Part shown: positions 26,424 to 35,758 of the stretch, one piece after another
How the letters are laid out: each line of letters opens with the position of its first letter
Numbering within the stretch: position 1 is the stretch's first letter
Origin: a bacterium
GTDB lineage: Bacteria; Patescibacteriota; Minisyncoccia; Sungbacterales; SURF-37
Direction: 5' to 3'
NCBI GenBank assembly: GCA_030648055.1
Contig: JAUSHI010000007.1
Location: forward strand, 1 to 47,620
DNA: 47,620 bases
Notes under the pieces: model-generated
Database searches by the model: none
Told to the model about the DNA's origin: nothing
What the model saw: only the letters and a program-made list of their open reading frames with translations
Position numbers and translations under genes: made by a program

Positions 26424-28145
26424 ATGACTCAATCTCAAGCACTATCAATCTTGCAGACTGGCGCGAATGTTTTTTTAACCGGCGAACCCGGATCCGGCAA
26501 AACGCATACGATTAACGAATATGTGGCATATTTGCGCGCACGGGGCATTGAGTCGGCAATAACGGCTTCAACCGGTATTGCCGCTACGCACATAGGCGGA
26601 ATGACCATTCACTCGTGGAGCGGCATAGGAATTAAAACGAAGCTGGATAAATATGAACTTGATGCAATAGCATCGCGAGAATATGTCACAAAGCGCGTCC
26701 GACGCACCAAAATCCTTATAATAGACGAAGTATCAATGCTTCCCCCCGAAACACTCTCCATGGTTGATGCAGTATGCCGCGAAATCAAACAAAATACGGA
26801 GCCTTTCGGGGGTATTCAGATCGTTTTGGTCGGTGACTTTTTCCAACTGCCACCGATTATGAAAATAGAAACGAAAAACAGCCGGCAAACCGCGCTCATT
26901 GAAGAATCGTCTGACCGTTTTGCGTATGATTCTCCCGCGTGGAAGCGAACAAGCCCGGTTATCTGTTATCTTGCCGAACAGTATCGCCAAGACGACAATA
27001 ATTTTCTTGCCGTGCTCTCGGCAATTCGGCACAATGTCTTTGGCGATGATCACTTACGCCATATTAAAACTAGAAAAATTGAGGCCCATACCGCGCCTAA
27101 CGGCGCGCCGAAACTTTTTTCTCACAATGCCGACGTGGATCGCATTAATAACGAAATATTCGCCAAACTTTCTAGCGAGCCGCATTCATTTGCCATGTCA
27201 TCACAGGGCCCAAGCATGCTCACCGCAACACTTAAGAGAGGTTGCCTTTCGCCCGAGGCACTTCATCTTAAGGTCGGAGCGGCAGTGATGTTCACAAAAA
27301 ACAATCCAAAAGAGGGCTTTGTAAACGGCACACTTGGCACTATTGAAGGATTTAATAAATATAGCAGTTACCCAATCGTTAAGACCAGAAGCGGAGTGCA
27401 AATTGAAGTTGAGCCAATGGACTGGATGATGGAAGAGGGTGGCAAGATTCACGCACGAATAACGCAACTGCCACTTCGCCTTGCTTGGGCGATTACAGTG
27501 CACAAGAGCCAAGGAATGAGCTTAGACGCGGCGGTGATGGATTTAAGCGACACGTTTGAATTCGGTCAGGGCTATGTCGCGCTCTCGCGCGTCAGGCGAC
27601 TTTCCGGCCTGTATCTTCTCGGCTGGAATGAACTCGCGTTTCAAGTGCACCCGGAAATATTGGCCAAAGACGAAGCGTTTCGCTCGGCCTCGGGCGACGC
27701 CGAAACGGTTTTTGGGAAAATTCCGCCGACTGAACTTGATAAAATGCACAAAAATTTCATCATTGCGTGTGGAGGGAATATTATTAAATTAGCCGGCATT
27801 GACACAAAAAATTGCCCCATCTACGAAAAGACGGAAGAGAATCTTGATACATATAACAAAACCCATGCGCTCTGGAACGAGGGAAAAACCATTTTGCAGA
27901 TCGCTGAAATACGCGGATTGAAAGAGCGGACCATTTTAAGTCACGTCGAGGAGCTTGTTAAAAAAAGGAAAATTAGCCCTGCCGATATTTTAGGCCTTGT
28001 AACGCCCGCGCTCTCTAATGCGCTTCCTAAAATCCATACCGCGTTTAGAGAACTTGGCACCGATAAATTATGGCCTGTTTTTGAAAAATTTAATGGCGCT
28101 TATTCATACGACGATCTCCGAATAGCCCGAATGATGCTCAACTAA
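26424..28145 (+). CDS. PIF1-like SF1B DNA helicase with C-terminal HTH
   Basis: GEPGSGKT, IIDEVSM, LVGDFFQLPP, HKSQGMSLD, GQGYVALSR; C-terminal QIAEIRGLKERTILSH; start ATG 26424. Confidence 0.9.
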   Translation: MTQSQALSILQTGANVFLTGEPGSGKTHTINEYVAYLRARGIESAITASTGIAATHIGGMTIHSWSGIGIKTKLDKYELDAIASREYVTKRVRRTKILIIDEVSMLPPETLSMVDAVCREIKQNTEPFGGIQIVLVGDFFQLPPIMKIETKNSRQTALIEESSDRFAYDSPAWKRTSPVICYLAEQYRQDDNNFLAVLSAIRHNVFGDDHLRHIKTRKIEAHTAPNGAPKLFSHNADVDRINNEIFAKLSSEPHSFAMSSQGPSMLTATLKRGCLSPEALHLKVGAAVMFTKNNPKEGFVNGTLGTIEGFNKYSSYPIVKTRSGVQIEVEPMDWMMEEGGKIHARITQLPLRLAWAITVHKSQGMSLDAAVMDLSDTFEFGQGYVALSRVRRLSGLYLLGWNELAFQVHPEILAKDEAFRSASGDAETVFGKIPPTELDKMHKNFIIACGGNIIKLAGIDTKNCPIYEKTEENLDTYNKTHALWNEGKTILQIAEIRGLKERTILSHVEELVKKRKISPADILGLVTPALSNALPKIHTAFRELGTDKLWPVFEKFNGAYSYDDLRIARMMLN

Positions 28146-28192
28146 CAATTAGCATGAAGAACAAAAAGAAAATAAAACAAACAGCCAAACCA

Positions 28193-28234
28193 AAAGTTCC
28201 AAATAACAAGCGACCGCTTGTTATTTGGAACTTT
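28193..28234 (+). repeat. AAGCGACCGCTT palindrome copy 3
   Basis: perfect 20-bp arms AAAGTTCCAAATAACAAGCG-AC-CGCTTGTTATTTGGAACTTT. Confidence 0.95.
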
Positions 28235-28252
28235 CAATAAACGAATAACTAC

Positions 28253-29047
28253 ATGAAAATACTTTTTTTCGGCGATGTATTCGGCCGACCCGGGCGCGAA
28301 GCGCTCGCAAAAATAATCCCCGAGTGGAAAGCGAAGTATTCGCCCGATATTATCATTGCCAATGCTGAAAATATTTCACACGGTGCCGGGATTTCTGAAA
28401 ATTCAATTCGCGAAGTTCGCGAAGCGGGAATTGACATAATGACCGGCGGAAACCACAGCTTGGAAGGAAAAAACGCCGCCGAACTTTTAAATAATCACGA
28501 AATACCGATTGTAAGACCGGAAAATCTTGCCAAAGGTTCTCCGGGCCGTGGATTTAAATATTTTGAAATTAACAATAAAAACTTGCTTGTAATCAATCTC
28601 ATCGGCCAGGTGCATATGCGCCAAAACTACGATTCGCCGTGGACCGCGGCCGACCGCATCCTCAAACAAAACGAAGCCGGAGAAAATGCAAAACACATAA
28701 TAGTTGACTGGCACGCCGATGTAACCGCGGAAAAAATAGCAATGGGGTGGTATTTAGACGGCAAAGTTTCAGCGGTTCTCGGAACGCATTCGCACACCCC
28801 AACGGCGGACGAACGCATTCTTCCCAAAAGAACAGCTTTTATTTCTGATGTCGGCATGACCGGCGCTCATTATTCAATTATCGGCCAAGAAATAGAAACA
28901 AATCTTAAGCGATACCGCACCAATTCCCCTGTTAGAGTTGACGTAGCGTCAGCGCCGCCCTACGAAACAAACGCAGTTCTCATTGAGCTTGATGATGAAA
29001 ACGGCAGAGCTACAAAAATTGAACGATTACGCAAAATTTTAGAATAA
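28253..29047 (+). CDS. ymdB: YmdB family metallophosphoesterase
   Basis: MKILFFGDVFGRPG, ANAEN, TGGNH, DWHADVTAEK, GTHSHTPTADERIL, SDVGMTG. Confidence 0.92.
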   Translation: MKILFFGDVFGRPGREALAKIIPEWKAKYSPDIIIANAENISHGAGISENSIREVREAGIDIMTGGNHSLEGKNAAELLNNHEIPIVRPENLAKGSPGRGFKYFEINNKNLLVINLIGQVHMRQNYDSPWTAADRILKQNEAGENAKHIIVDWHADVTAEKIAMGWYLDGKVSAVLGTHSHTPTADERILPKRTAFISDVGMTGAHYSIIGQEIETNLKRYRTNSPVRVDVASAPPYETNAVLIELDDENGRATKIERLRKILE

Positions 29048-29077
29048 CCCCGCGCTAATTTTGCGAGGACTTACAAA

Positions 29078-29228
29078 GCGAAGCGCTTCGCCCATAACGG
29101 AATGGGCCTATTCGGCCCCCGCGCTTCGCGAAAATTTTGTTATTTTGCTCCGTAAAAGCTTCATTTTCAAAACATGGCAAAATTAATGCGGGGTCTTCGC
29201 TTTTCTAACTGCTCGCAAAACACTCGCA
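29078..29228 (+). repeat. structured repeat element, copy B
   Basis: 52-nt nested hairpin 29078-29129 and motif 29209-29228 match 5107-5335 on the minus strand. Confidence 0.65.
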
Positions 29229-29325
29229 TAGAAAAGCGAGATATCCAGCGTTTACGCGAAATTTTAGAATGATTTCCAAAACAACCGCACAAACTGCGGT
29301 TGTTTAAATGGTGTGCATAAAAAAA

Positions 29326-29354
29326 TTGAGTAAACAAGCAAGTTTAGCTATACT
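29326..29354 (+). promoter_or_regulatory. hup promoter
   Basis: TTGAGT-17 nt-TATACT. Confidence 0.55.
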
Positions 29355-29438
29355 CAAGACGTGTGGAAAACTCGTGAAAACGGTTTTTCAAAATAAAAAG
29401 GTCGTATAAATTAATGTGAATTTTCTCTTAATAACTTT

Positions 29439-29723
29439 ATGGCAATGAAATACGACAAAAAATGGCTTGCGGAATGGCTCATGAACAAACTCGGAACCAC
29501 CAAAAAAGCGGCACAAGAGGCGGTGGAAGAAATGTTCGGTGAAATCGCGAAAGCCATGGTCAAGGGTGAGCAAGTCAAAATCGCGGGATTCGGCGTATTC
29601 CGAGTGGCGCGACGTGCGGCACGCGAAGGCATCAACCCGAGAACACAGGAAAAAATACAAATCGCCGCGAAAGTTGCGCCGAAATTCCGCGCAGCAAAGC
29701 AGTTGAAGGAAATGGTACAGTAA
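29439..29723 (+). CDS. hup: DNA-binding protein HU
   Basis: GEQVKIAGFGVF..RAAREGINPRTQEKIQIAA..PKFRAAKQLKE. Confidence 0.95.
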   Translation: MAMKYDKKWLAEWLMNKLGTTKKAAQEAVEEMFGEIAKAMVKGEQVKIAGFGVFRVARRAAREGINPRTQEKIQIAAKVAPKFRAAKQLKEMVQ

Positions 29724-29803
29724 AAGCAGTGCTTTTATTCCGCCTATGGCGGGATTACTGCTTCAGCAGTCATTGTTTTCGCGCAAAAACAATATTTTGA
29801 AAT

Positions 29804-29838
29804 AAAAAACAGCCCCGCTGTAAGTGGGACTGTTTTTT
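29804..29838 (+). terminator. hup terminator
   Basis: AAAAAACAGCCCCGC..GTGGGACTGTTTTTT. Confidence 0.75.
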
Positions 29839-29851
29839 GTTTTGTCTCTAT

Positions 29852-29886
29852 AAAATAAAAAGCCCAGACACTTATGTCCGGGGCTT
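29852..29886 (-). terminator. PBP terminator
   Basis: AAGCCCAGACA/TGTCCGGGGCTT hairpin with A tract to the left. Confidence 0.6.
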
Positions 29887-29887
29887 G

Positions 29888-32074
29888 TTAATAACCGTCC
29901 CGATCTTCCGGCGTTTCCGGTTCGGCCACTTCTTCGGATTTTAACTGCTCCTTAAGATATTCTTTAGACATTACAAAGGGCTTTAAGGGATTTGTCGCCT
30001 CGGGAAAAGTTTCTTTTTCCCTATCCTGATAAATAGCTCTCATTACGGCAATAAAAACCGGTAATGCGTTCTTTCCACCTGATTCTTTGTACCCGAGCGG
30101 CAGTTTTTTGTCCCTGCCGACCCAAACGCCCATGCAATATGAAGGCGAACATCCGATAAACCAGTTATCAGTGGCCTCACCCGCATTGTTCGTCGCGGTT
30201 CCAGTTTTGCCAAACACTTGGAACTCCAAAACTTTGGCCTGTGTTCCGGTTCCGTGCGGCAGTTCAACCGTACCGCGAAGGCCTCTTACAATCTGCAAAT
30301 ATGTTCTTTCGTCGCACACTAATTCCGGATTTTTCGCGGTGTGCCATTCAACCGGCTCGCCTTTTGAATTCTTAATCCCTTCAATAAAGTATTCCTTTAC
30401 CTTTTTGCATCCCCGCGCGTATGTAGCGAACGCGCGTGTCATCTCAAGAAGCGTTACTTCGGTGGAACCGATAGGCGTAGTCAGCGACGGGTCAATTTTG
30501 CTCTCAATACCTATTCTTTTAGCGAACTCGTCCAATTCTCCGACTATTTTAATTCTCCAGAATGGAGGAACTGGGGAGCCCTTAATTCCAGAAACCGCAC
30601 TCACGGTGGCCGCGTTCCTTGATTCAGTCAAAGCAATCTGTGGCGAAATAAAGCCACGATAGCGCGGAATGCCCTCATACGGGAAGTTTTGAATGGCATG
30701 CGGTAGCTTTCCGCGCCCCATTGGGACACGAAGACCGACTTTCGGATTTTCAATAGGCCGCGGCTCAATGTCATAAAGGGTGCAGGGACCGCTACCCTCA
30801 TCGTCACAACCAAGACGCCATCCGCGCTCCAAAAGCTTCCCATAGAAAATGCCCTTAAAAGCAGAACCGATCTGGCGCTTTGCCTGGCTGATGAGGTCAT
30901 ACTCGTTTTCGCTGAATTCCGGCACCTCAACCCATGCCAATATTCCGCCGGCTAACACGTCAATAACCACAGCAGCACCCCGGATGTCTCCGGACAAATC
31001 GGAATTGCGCTCAATTAATTTCTTAATTGAGTCGCGAAGAGCATCCTCGGCAATTTTTTGAACTCTCATATCAAGAGTAGTGTAGGTTTTAAGGCCACCC
31101 TTCCAAATCTCTTCAGTGGTATAGCGCTTAGTGAGTTCTCTTCGCACGAGCTCCGCGAAATGCGGCGAGAATTCGCGGCAAGCCGTCGGACGATTTACGC
31201 CTAGAGGTTTTTCCTTCAACACTTCCGCTTCTTCAGGATCAACCATTTTGGAATCAACAAGCTGTTGAATAACTCTATTTCTCAATTCTTTTGCTTTCTT
31301 GAGGTTTTGGAACGGAGAAGAGTAATAAGGAGAACGGATTAGGCCGGCAAGAAGAGCGGCCTCACTAAGATTAAGCTCTGTCGGAGACTTGCCAAAATAC
31401 GACATTGATGCCTCGGCAACGCCGTAGCGCTCTCCAAAATAAACATGATTCAAATAAATCTCAAGAACGCGCTCACGGCCAAGAATTTTCTCCAGACGAT
31501 AAGCGATGTAAGTCTCGCGAATTTTACGGGTATATTTCGCATATGTTTTTCTCATTTTCAACGAAGTAATCTTCGTTTTCTGCCAAAAACGAGCCCGCCT
31601 TGTGTATTTTTCCTTGAGCGCATTCGTTTCATCTTTTATCCTTGAAGCCCAAAAATCTTCCTGGCGCCTTTCTTCCTGAAGATACACGAGCCTGGAGAGC
31701 TGTTGTGAAATGGTTGAACCACCTTTGCCCTGCCACACAGCCACCACCGAGCGCTCCATATCAATCGGACCCCAGCGCGAATAAAAATGCTTGTCTTCCG
31801 CGGCAATCACGACGCTTGATAAAAGTCCGCCAACTTCTTTCAACGGAATTACCGTTCTTCGCTCTACCGCGAAACAAAGGATTGAATTCCCCTGGTTATC
31901 AAACACCCAGCTTGTCTCTGCCGGCCGATAATTCGTAAGAAGAGAAGTATCAACGATACCAAAAAGACCTGGGTTTAGAAGTAAAACCGTGCCCGCGAAA
32001 ATTATCACAACAAGCAAAAACGATAAGACTACATATGAGAAAATCTTGCGTTTTCGCCCCATTACTAACCTCAC
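29888..32074 (-). CDS. class A penicillin-binding protein (PBP1A family)
   Basis: TM; transglycosylase AEDKHF, GGSTISQQL, RKIRE; transpeptidase SAFK, SRN, KTG. Confidence 0.92.
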   Translation of the reverse strand: MRLVMGRKRKIFSYVVLSFLLVVIIFAGTVLLLNPGLFGIVDTSLLTNYRPAETSWVFDNQGNSILCFAVERRTVIPLKEVGGLLSSVVIAAEDKHFYSRWGPIDMERSVVAVWQGKGGSTISQQLSRLVYLQEERRQEDFWASRIKDETNALKEKYTRRARFWQKTKITSLKMRKTYAKYTRKIRETYIAYRLEKILGRERVLEIYLNHVYFGERYGVAEASMSYFGKSPTELNLSEAALLAGLIRSPYYSSPFQNLKKAKELRNRVIQQLVDSKMVDPEEAEVLKEKPLGVNRPTACREFSPHFAELVRRELTKRYTTEEIWKGGLKTYTTLDMRVQKIAEDALRDSIKKLIERNSDLSGDIRGAAVVIDVLAGGILAWVEVPEFSENEYDLISQAKRQIGSAFKGIFYGKLLERGWRLGCDDEGSGPCTLYDIEPRPIENPKVGLRVPMGRGKLPHAIQNFPYEGIPRYRGFISPQIALTESRNAATVSAVSGIKGSPVPPFWRIKIVGELDEFAKRIGIESKIDPSLTTPIGSTEVTLLEMTRAFATYARGCKKVKEYFIEGIKNSKGEPVEWHTAKNPELVCDERTYLQIVRGLRGTVELPHGTGTQAKVLEFQVFGKTGTATNNAGEATDNWFIGCSPSYCMGVWVGRDKKLPLGYKESGGKNALPVFIAVMRAIYQDREKETFPEATNPLKPFVMSKEYLKEQLKSEEVAEPETPEDRDGY

Positions 32075-32201
32075 CCTTATTAAGCTTTCAAAGACCTTAC
32101 TCTAAGAAGTACCGCTAAATACGGGCTAAGTCAAAACTCCGCGTAAATTTTGATTATAGCAAACTTGCGCGGCAAAATAACTTAATAAACACTTTTTAAA
32201 A

Positions 32202-32230
32202 TTGACAGTTCTTAAGTTTAGTGCTATACA
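32202..32230 (+). promoter_or_regulatory. promoter
   Basis: TTGACA-17 nt-TATACA with TGn. Confidence 0.5.
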
Positions 32231-32280
32231 AACACTGCGGAAAGTTTTAAATGTTCTTTAAAAATTGGGGGGTAGAAAAC

Positions 32281-32532
32281 ATGAGTCGTAAAGGCGACAG
32301 TATGTACGGAGTACATTTCTGTGGTTGTGAAATGCGTTGTGGAATAGAAAAGTCTAAGCCGGAATTTTGCGCCGACCCGAAACACCGCTCGTGGAATTGT
32401 GGGTGCTATAATGTCGGAGGAAAACTTGTTTTGTGCGACCGCCACTACAACTACCGAGTCTTTGAAGTAATAGGGTTGCTTCTCACTATGCTTGCCGCGT
32501 ATGTAGCATTTCATGTAATAAAGATTGTATAA
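32281..32532 (+). CDS. small Cys-rich protein with C-terminal TM helix
   Basis: own promoter and terminator; 7 Cys; C-terminal VIGLLLTMLAAYVAFHVI; start ATG 32281. Confidence 0.5.
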   Translation: MSRKGDSMYGVHFCGCEMRCGIEKSKPEFCADPKHRSWNCGCYNVGGKLVLCDRHYNYRVFEVIGLLLTMLAAYVAFHVIKIV

Positions 32533-32832
32533 TAAAACCCCTATAAAAATAAAACAGCCTTTAATGAGCTGTTTTTATTTGTTTATCCACGCAGTGATAA
32601 AAACTTTAATTCCGGGATGCCATGCTTACAGCCATACATCCCGCAGGAATGATTATTTACACAATTTTAAGGACTTATAAGCCGAACATTGACCCTCCCC
32701 AAGATAACCTGAAGTTTGTCGAAGTATAGTTTCTTTTCCGCGATTAAGCTATTTAAGGCGTCAACAATTTCTTCAATACTGGGTAACGGCAAAATGCTGA
32801 ATTTTATGTAAAAAAATAGCCGCAGAGCGGCT

Positions 32833-33309
32833 TTATTTCTGATACCTGGCGATGTCTATCCCTAAATCAAGCGGTCCGAAAGCGAGCGGCAGAAGTTCTC
32901 GGATGGTGGTTAAAACAATTGTGTCTTTTTGGGTGGTTGAAAGAATGACTTGTAAATCACAACCAGAGATTTGGGATATTTCGTAAAGCACTTGCCTACA
33001 ACTTCCACAAGGCCCAGTAACTTCTGTGGTGTCAAAGGTTTCGCCACGGGCGATAATAGCAATTCCCTTGAACTTTCTAACGCCCATAGCATTTGCCCTC
33101 AATACCGCTGACCGCTCCGCGCAAATCGTTGAACCATAAGCGGCGTTCTCAAAGTTTGTTCCTGATACTAACTGTTCGTTTTGTGCAATAAGCGTTGCCC
33201 CAACATAGAAGTGGGAGTAAGGGTTATACGAATTTTTGAGAACCTCCTGCGCGGCGTCTAATGCTTCTCGTTGTGACAGCCTCAACTGTTCATACTTTAC
33301 TGTCTGCAT
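32833..33309 (-). CDS. cdd: cytidine deaminase (homotetrameric type)
   Basis: YNPYSHFYVGA, ENAAYGSTICAERSA, PCGSCRQ. Confidence 0.92.
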   Translation of the reverse strand: MQTVKYEQLRLSQREALDAAQEVLKNSYNPYSHFYVGATLIAQNEQLVSGTNFENAAYGSTICAERSAVLRANAMGVRKFKGIAIIARGETFDTTEVTGPCGSCRQVLYEISQISGCDLQVILSTTQKDTIVLTTIRELLPLAFGPLDLGIDIARYQK

Positions 33310-33345
33310 TTTTGCCCTCCCTTATTTTTAAAATGAACCAAATCA

Positions 33346-33377
33346 AAAATAGCACTTCCGTGCTATTTTTACAACTT
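33346..33377 (-). promoter_or_regulatory. cdd promoter module
   Basis: TTGTAA-17 nt-TATTTT with TGn; 17-bp identity with 33899-33915. Confidence 0.5.
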
Positions 33378-33432
33378 CTATGGGGGTTCTTTCTGTTGAC
33401 CAGGTTATAAATAAAAAGGCGGCAAGTTGCCG

Positions 33433-33858
33433 CTATTCTTCAATTAGTTCAAGCCACGGTATATAACTTCCACAATTAAGTGTTCCTGGCTCCCGTTCGT
33501 AAATACCGTCCCACTTAACGACAAAAGCAACTCTTGAGGCCAATAAATCATCTCCGGTAAGGGTTTTTATTTGATGCCAATAGCTTTGCCCTTTGCGAAT
33601 TGAGTCCGCGCTGTTTGGTAAAATATCTCGTTTCAGTGCCGCCTTGATTCGATCTGGGTCTTGTGCAAATAAATTACACACCTCTTCGTTTATGCCTTCC
33701 TGAAGTATCATCACTGTACCAGTAAGAGTTCCCACCGCGTCTTTGGGAATGGTAACGCTACGATAGTCGCTTGGTATATCAAAGATATGGCACCCGGCCC
33801 CAATACGACTTCTTACTCTCCATCCTTGAATTGCTTCGTTTCTCACGTCCACCTCCAA
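33433..33858 (-). CDS. hypothetical protein
   Basis: 141-aa ORF, TTG start, own promoter module and terminator-like hairpin at 33414-33436. Confidence 0.5.
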   Translation of the reverse strand: MEVDVRNEAIQGWRVRSRIGAGCHIFDIPSDYRSVTIPKDAVGTLTGTVMILQEGINEEVCNLFAQDPDRIKAALKRDILPNSADSIRKGQSYWHQIKTLTGDDLLASRVAFVVKWDGIYEREPGTLNCGSYIPWLELIEE

Positions 33859-33883
33859 CTGATTTTTTCAAGGAGCTAAAATA

Positions 33884-33915
33884 AGCGTAACACTTACATG
33901 CTATTTTTACAACTT
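33884..33915 (-). promoter_or_regulatory. duplicated promoter module
   Basis: TTGTAA-17 nt-TACGCT with TGn. Confidence 0.5.
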
Positions 33916-34046
33916 TGGAAGGTATTTCTATTAAAAAGCGGGCCGCTCATTTCTACGAAATGAGCGCGCCTCGCTCAAATTTTTTAATAAAATTTGAGCG
34001 GGTTATGCCACGACGTTAGAGCCTGTTTTGCGCAGGGCGCAAATGG

Positions 34047-34295
34047 CTACCCTCCCTTCTTCTCGGCGTAGATTTTTCTCACAATACTTTCAAGTTCATT
34101 CTCGATATAATCATTGTTCCTCTCTATCTCCATTGTCCAACTCAAATCAGGGTCTTCTTCACTTTCAAAGGAAAGCGCGAGCGTGTCATATTGACCTTTT
34201 CTGGTTATAACTTCTACGGGTGCCGCCCTTACTTTCAAATGAGGGTCTAACTCATTAATAAAAGAGTTCACTTTGCTCGTGCGGTGTCGTACCAC
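34047..34295 (-). CDS. hypothetical protein, possibly a fragment
   Basis: 82-aa ORF, GTG start with GAGGA RBS. Confidence 0.4.
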   Translation of the reverse strand: MVRHRTSKVNSFINELDPHLKVRAAPVEVITRKGQYDTLALSFESEEDPDLSWTMEIERNNDYIENELESIVRKIYAEKKGG

Positions 34296-34343
34296 TCCTC
34301 GTCAGAGAGTTGTCTTTCTGGTGATTCAAATGATGGCATATCC

Positions 34344-34478
34344 TTAATCTAACACAATACAGCCGTTGAGTTCTATTTCTCCGTCAATAACTGCCTCAAT
34401 TACTTCCTTAAACGCTTTAATTCTGTCGTTAAGCTCCTTGCTGATTTCTATTTTAGGTTTTGTCGTATCCATACGCAT
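34344..34478 (-). pseudogene. 44-codon ORF, possible gene fragment
   Basis: MRMDTTKPKIEISKELNDRIKAFKEVIEAVIDGEIELNGCIVLD; protein-like composition but short. Confidence 0.3.
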
Positions 34479-34532
34479 TATTCACCCTACTCTGCTACTC
34501 ACTATTTATCAAATCCTCAGAACTTTAAACTA

Positions 34533-34820
34533 TCAGTCATCTTTCTCTTTTACTTTTGTCCTTATTAAAGAGTAAATGCTGTAGCCCAAAAAAACTGGTA
34601 AGGCACTAGCAAATAACAACTTTAGAGGATCTCTGCAAAGCTTTTTGTGGGCAAACCATTCATCAAATGATTCTTCTGGATTATATTGGAAAAATGGATC
34701 TTGTCGTATCTCATAACATATAGTAATCCGCATAAAGAGATTAAGAACAGAAACTAGAAGTAAAACAAACAATACTGCCCCAAGTAGAAATTTACCGATA
34801 AAAAGGATTGCTCCCGACAT
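34533..34820 (-). CDS. small two-TM membrane protein
   Basis: 95-aa ORF with two hydrophobic segments. Confidence 0.5.
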   Translation of the reverse strand: MSGAILFIGKFLLGAVLFVLLLVSVLNLFMRITICYEIRQDPFFQYNPEESFDEWFAHKKLCRDPLKLLFASALPVFLGYSIYSLIRTKVKEKDD

Positions 34821-34862
34821 AAATTTACTCTACTAAAACGCCTTCTTAACAATTTTCCGATA

Positions 34863-34933
34863 AGCGGGTGACGGGAATCGAACCCGTAGCTCGACCTTGG
34901 AAGGGTCGCGTATTACCATTATACAACACCCGC
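34863..34933 (-). tRNA. tRNA-Gly(TCC)
   Basis: GCGGGTG acceptor, CGACC-CTTCCAA-GGTCG anticodon arm. Confidence 0.95.
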
Positions 34934-34935
34934 GC

Positions 34936-35604
34936 CTATACTTGCTTTTCTATATTTTCTATCCAGCCCATAATTTTACGGTGTAAGCTTTTGACACCGG
35001 GAAAGAGAGTTCCACCCCCTCTTACATAAAGATGGGCGGTCCCATAGGGCAATTTCCTTCGCCTCAGCGCCGACTTGCCCCCACGATTATCTGTAACGGT
35101 TCTTGTAAATTGTGCAACTGGTATCGCGGTTTCTTTAGACCAAAACCGCAATGCCTTCCTGTTATCAACGTCAGGATAACCGTGAATCGTAATTCGAAAA
35201 TGATGTTCTTCTAATTCACAAAATCTTCGTAGCCATTTGAGAGCTAATTTTATAATAACCGGATCGGAGTTTGCTATCCTAATTTCTTCAATCGCCTTTG
35301 ATCCTTCGCCCATATACACCCCAATACCAAGCATGAAAAGATCCCTCTCTGCAATCCTCCCGACTTCTTGAGCCGCTTCCTGTTTTCGTTGCGCTATGTC
35401 TTTAAGCTTCAACCCATGCCGATAGAGCGCGGACTTAAGTCTCGCCTTTCCAATTCTTTCTATTACCTCCCGATTTGGATTGAATTCAACTTTGCTAAGC
35501 CAGTTGCTCAGCGTGCTTTTCGAAATAGCAAGTTTCTCGTTGATCATTCCGTAGGAATATCCGAGCCGTCTTAATTTTTCTGCTTTCCCCCTAAGTTTGT
35601 TCAT
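34936..35604 (-). CDS. HTH plus LAGLIDADG-like domain protein
   Basis: N-terminal LRRLGYSYGMI..LAISKSTLSNWL HTH; LGIGVYMGEGSK and IANSDP motifs. Confidence 0.6.
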   Translation of the reverse strand: MNKLRGKAEKLRRLGYSYGMINEKLAISKSTLSNWLSKVEFNPNREVIERIGKARLKSALYRHGLKLKDIAQRKQEAAQEVGRIAERDLFMLGIGVYMGEGSKAIEEIRIANSDPVIIKLALKWLRRFCELEEHHFRITIHGYPDVDNRKALRFWSKETAIPVAQFTRTVTDNRGGKSALRRRKLPYGTAHLYVRGGGTLFPGVKSLHRKIMGWIENIEKQV

Positions 35605-35758
35605 CTACTTATACTATACCATTCTGAGCTTGGGGGTTCAACAACGCAATAACACTGCAAGCCATAACAGTTTCCGCCATGCACAAACAACCTGTAGTAA
35701 TGCCGTTATACGATACCCGCGATAATACAAAATTATCAATATTTCAACCTGAAATCAA

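Noticed and set aside
14533-32591. Isolated DnaA-box-like 9-mers (TTATCCATA near 14534, TTATCCACG near 32583)
   Set aside because: Single mismatched boxes far apart, no cluster or dnaA, so no oriC call
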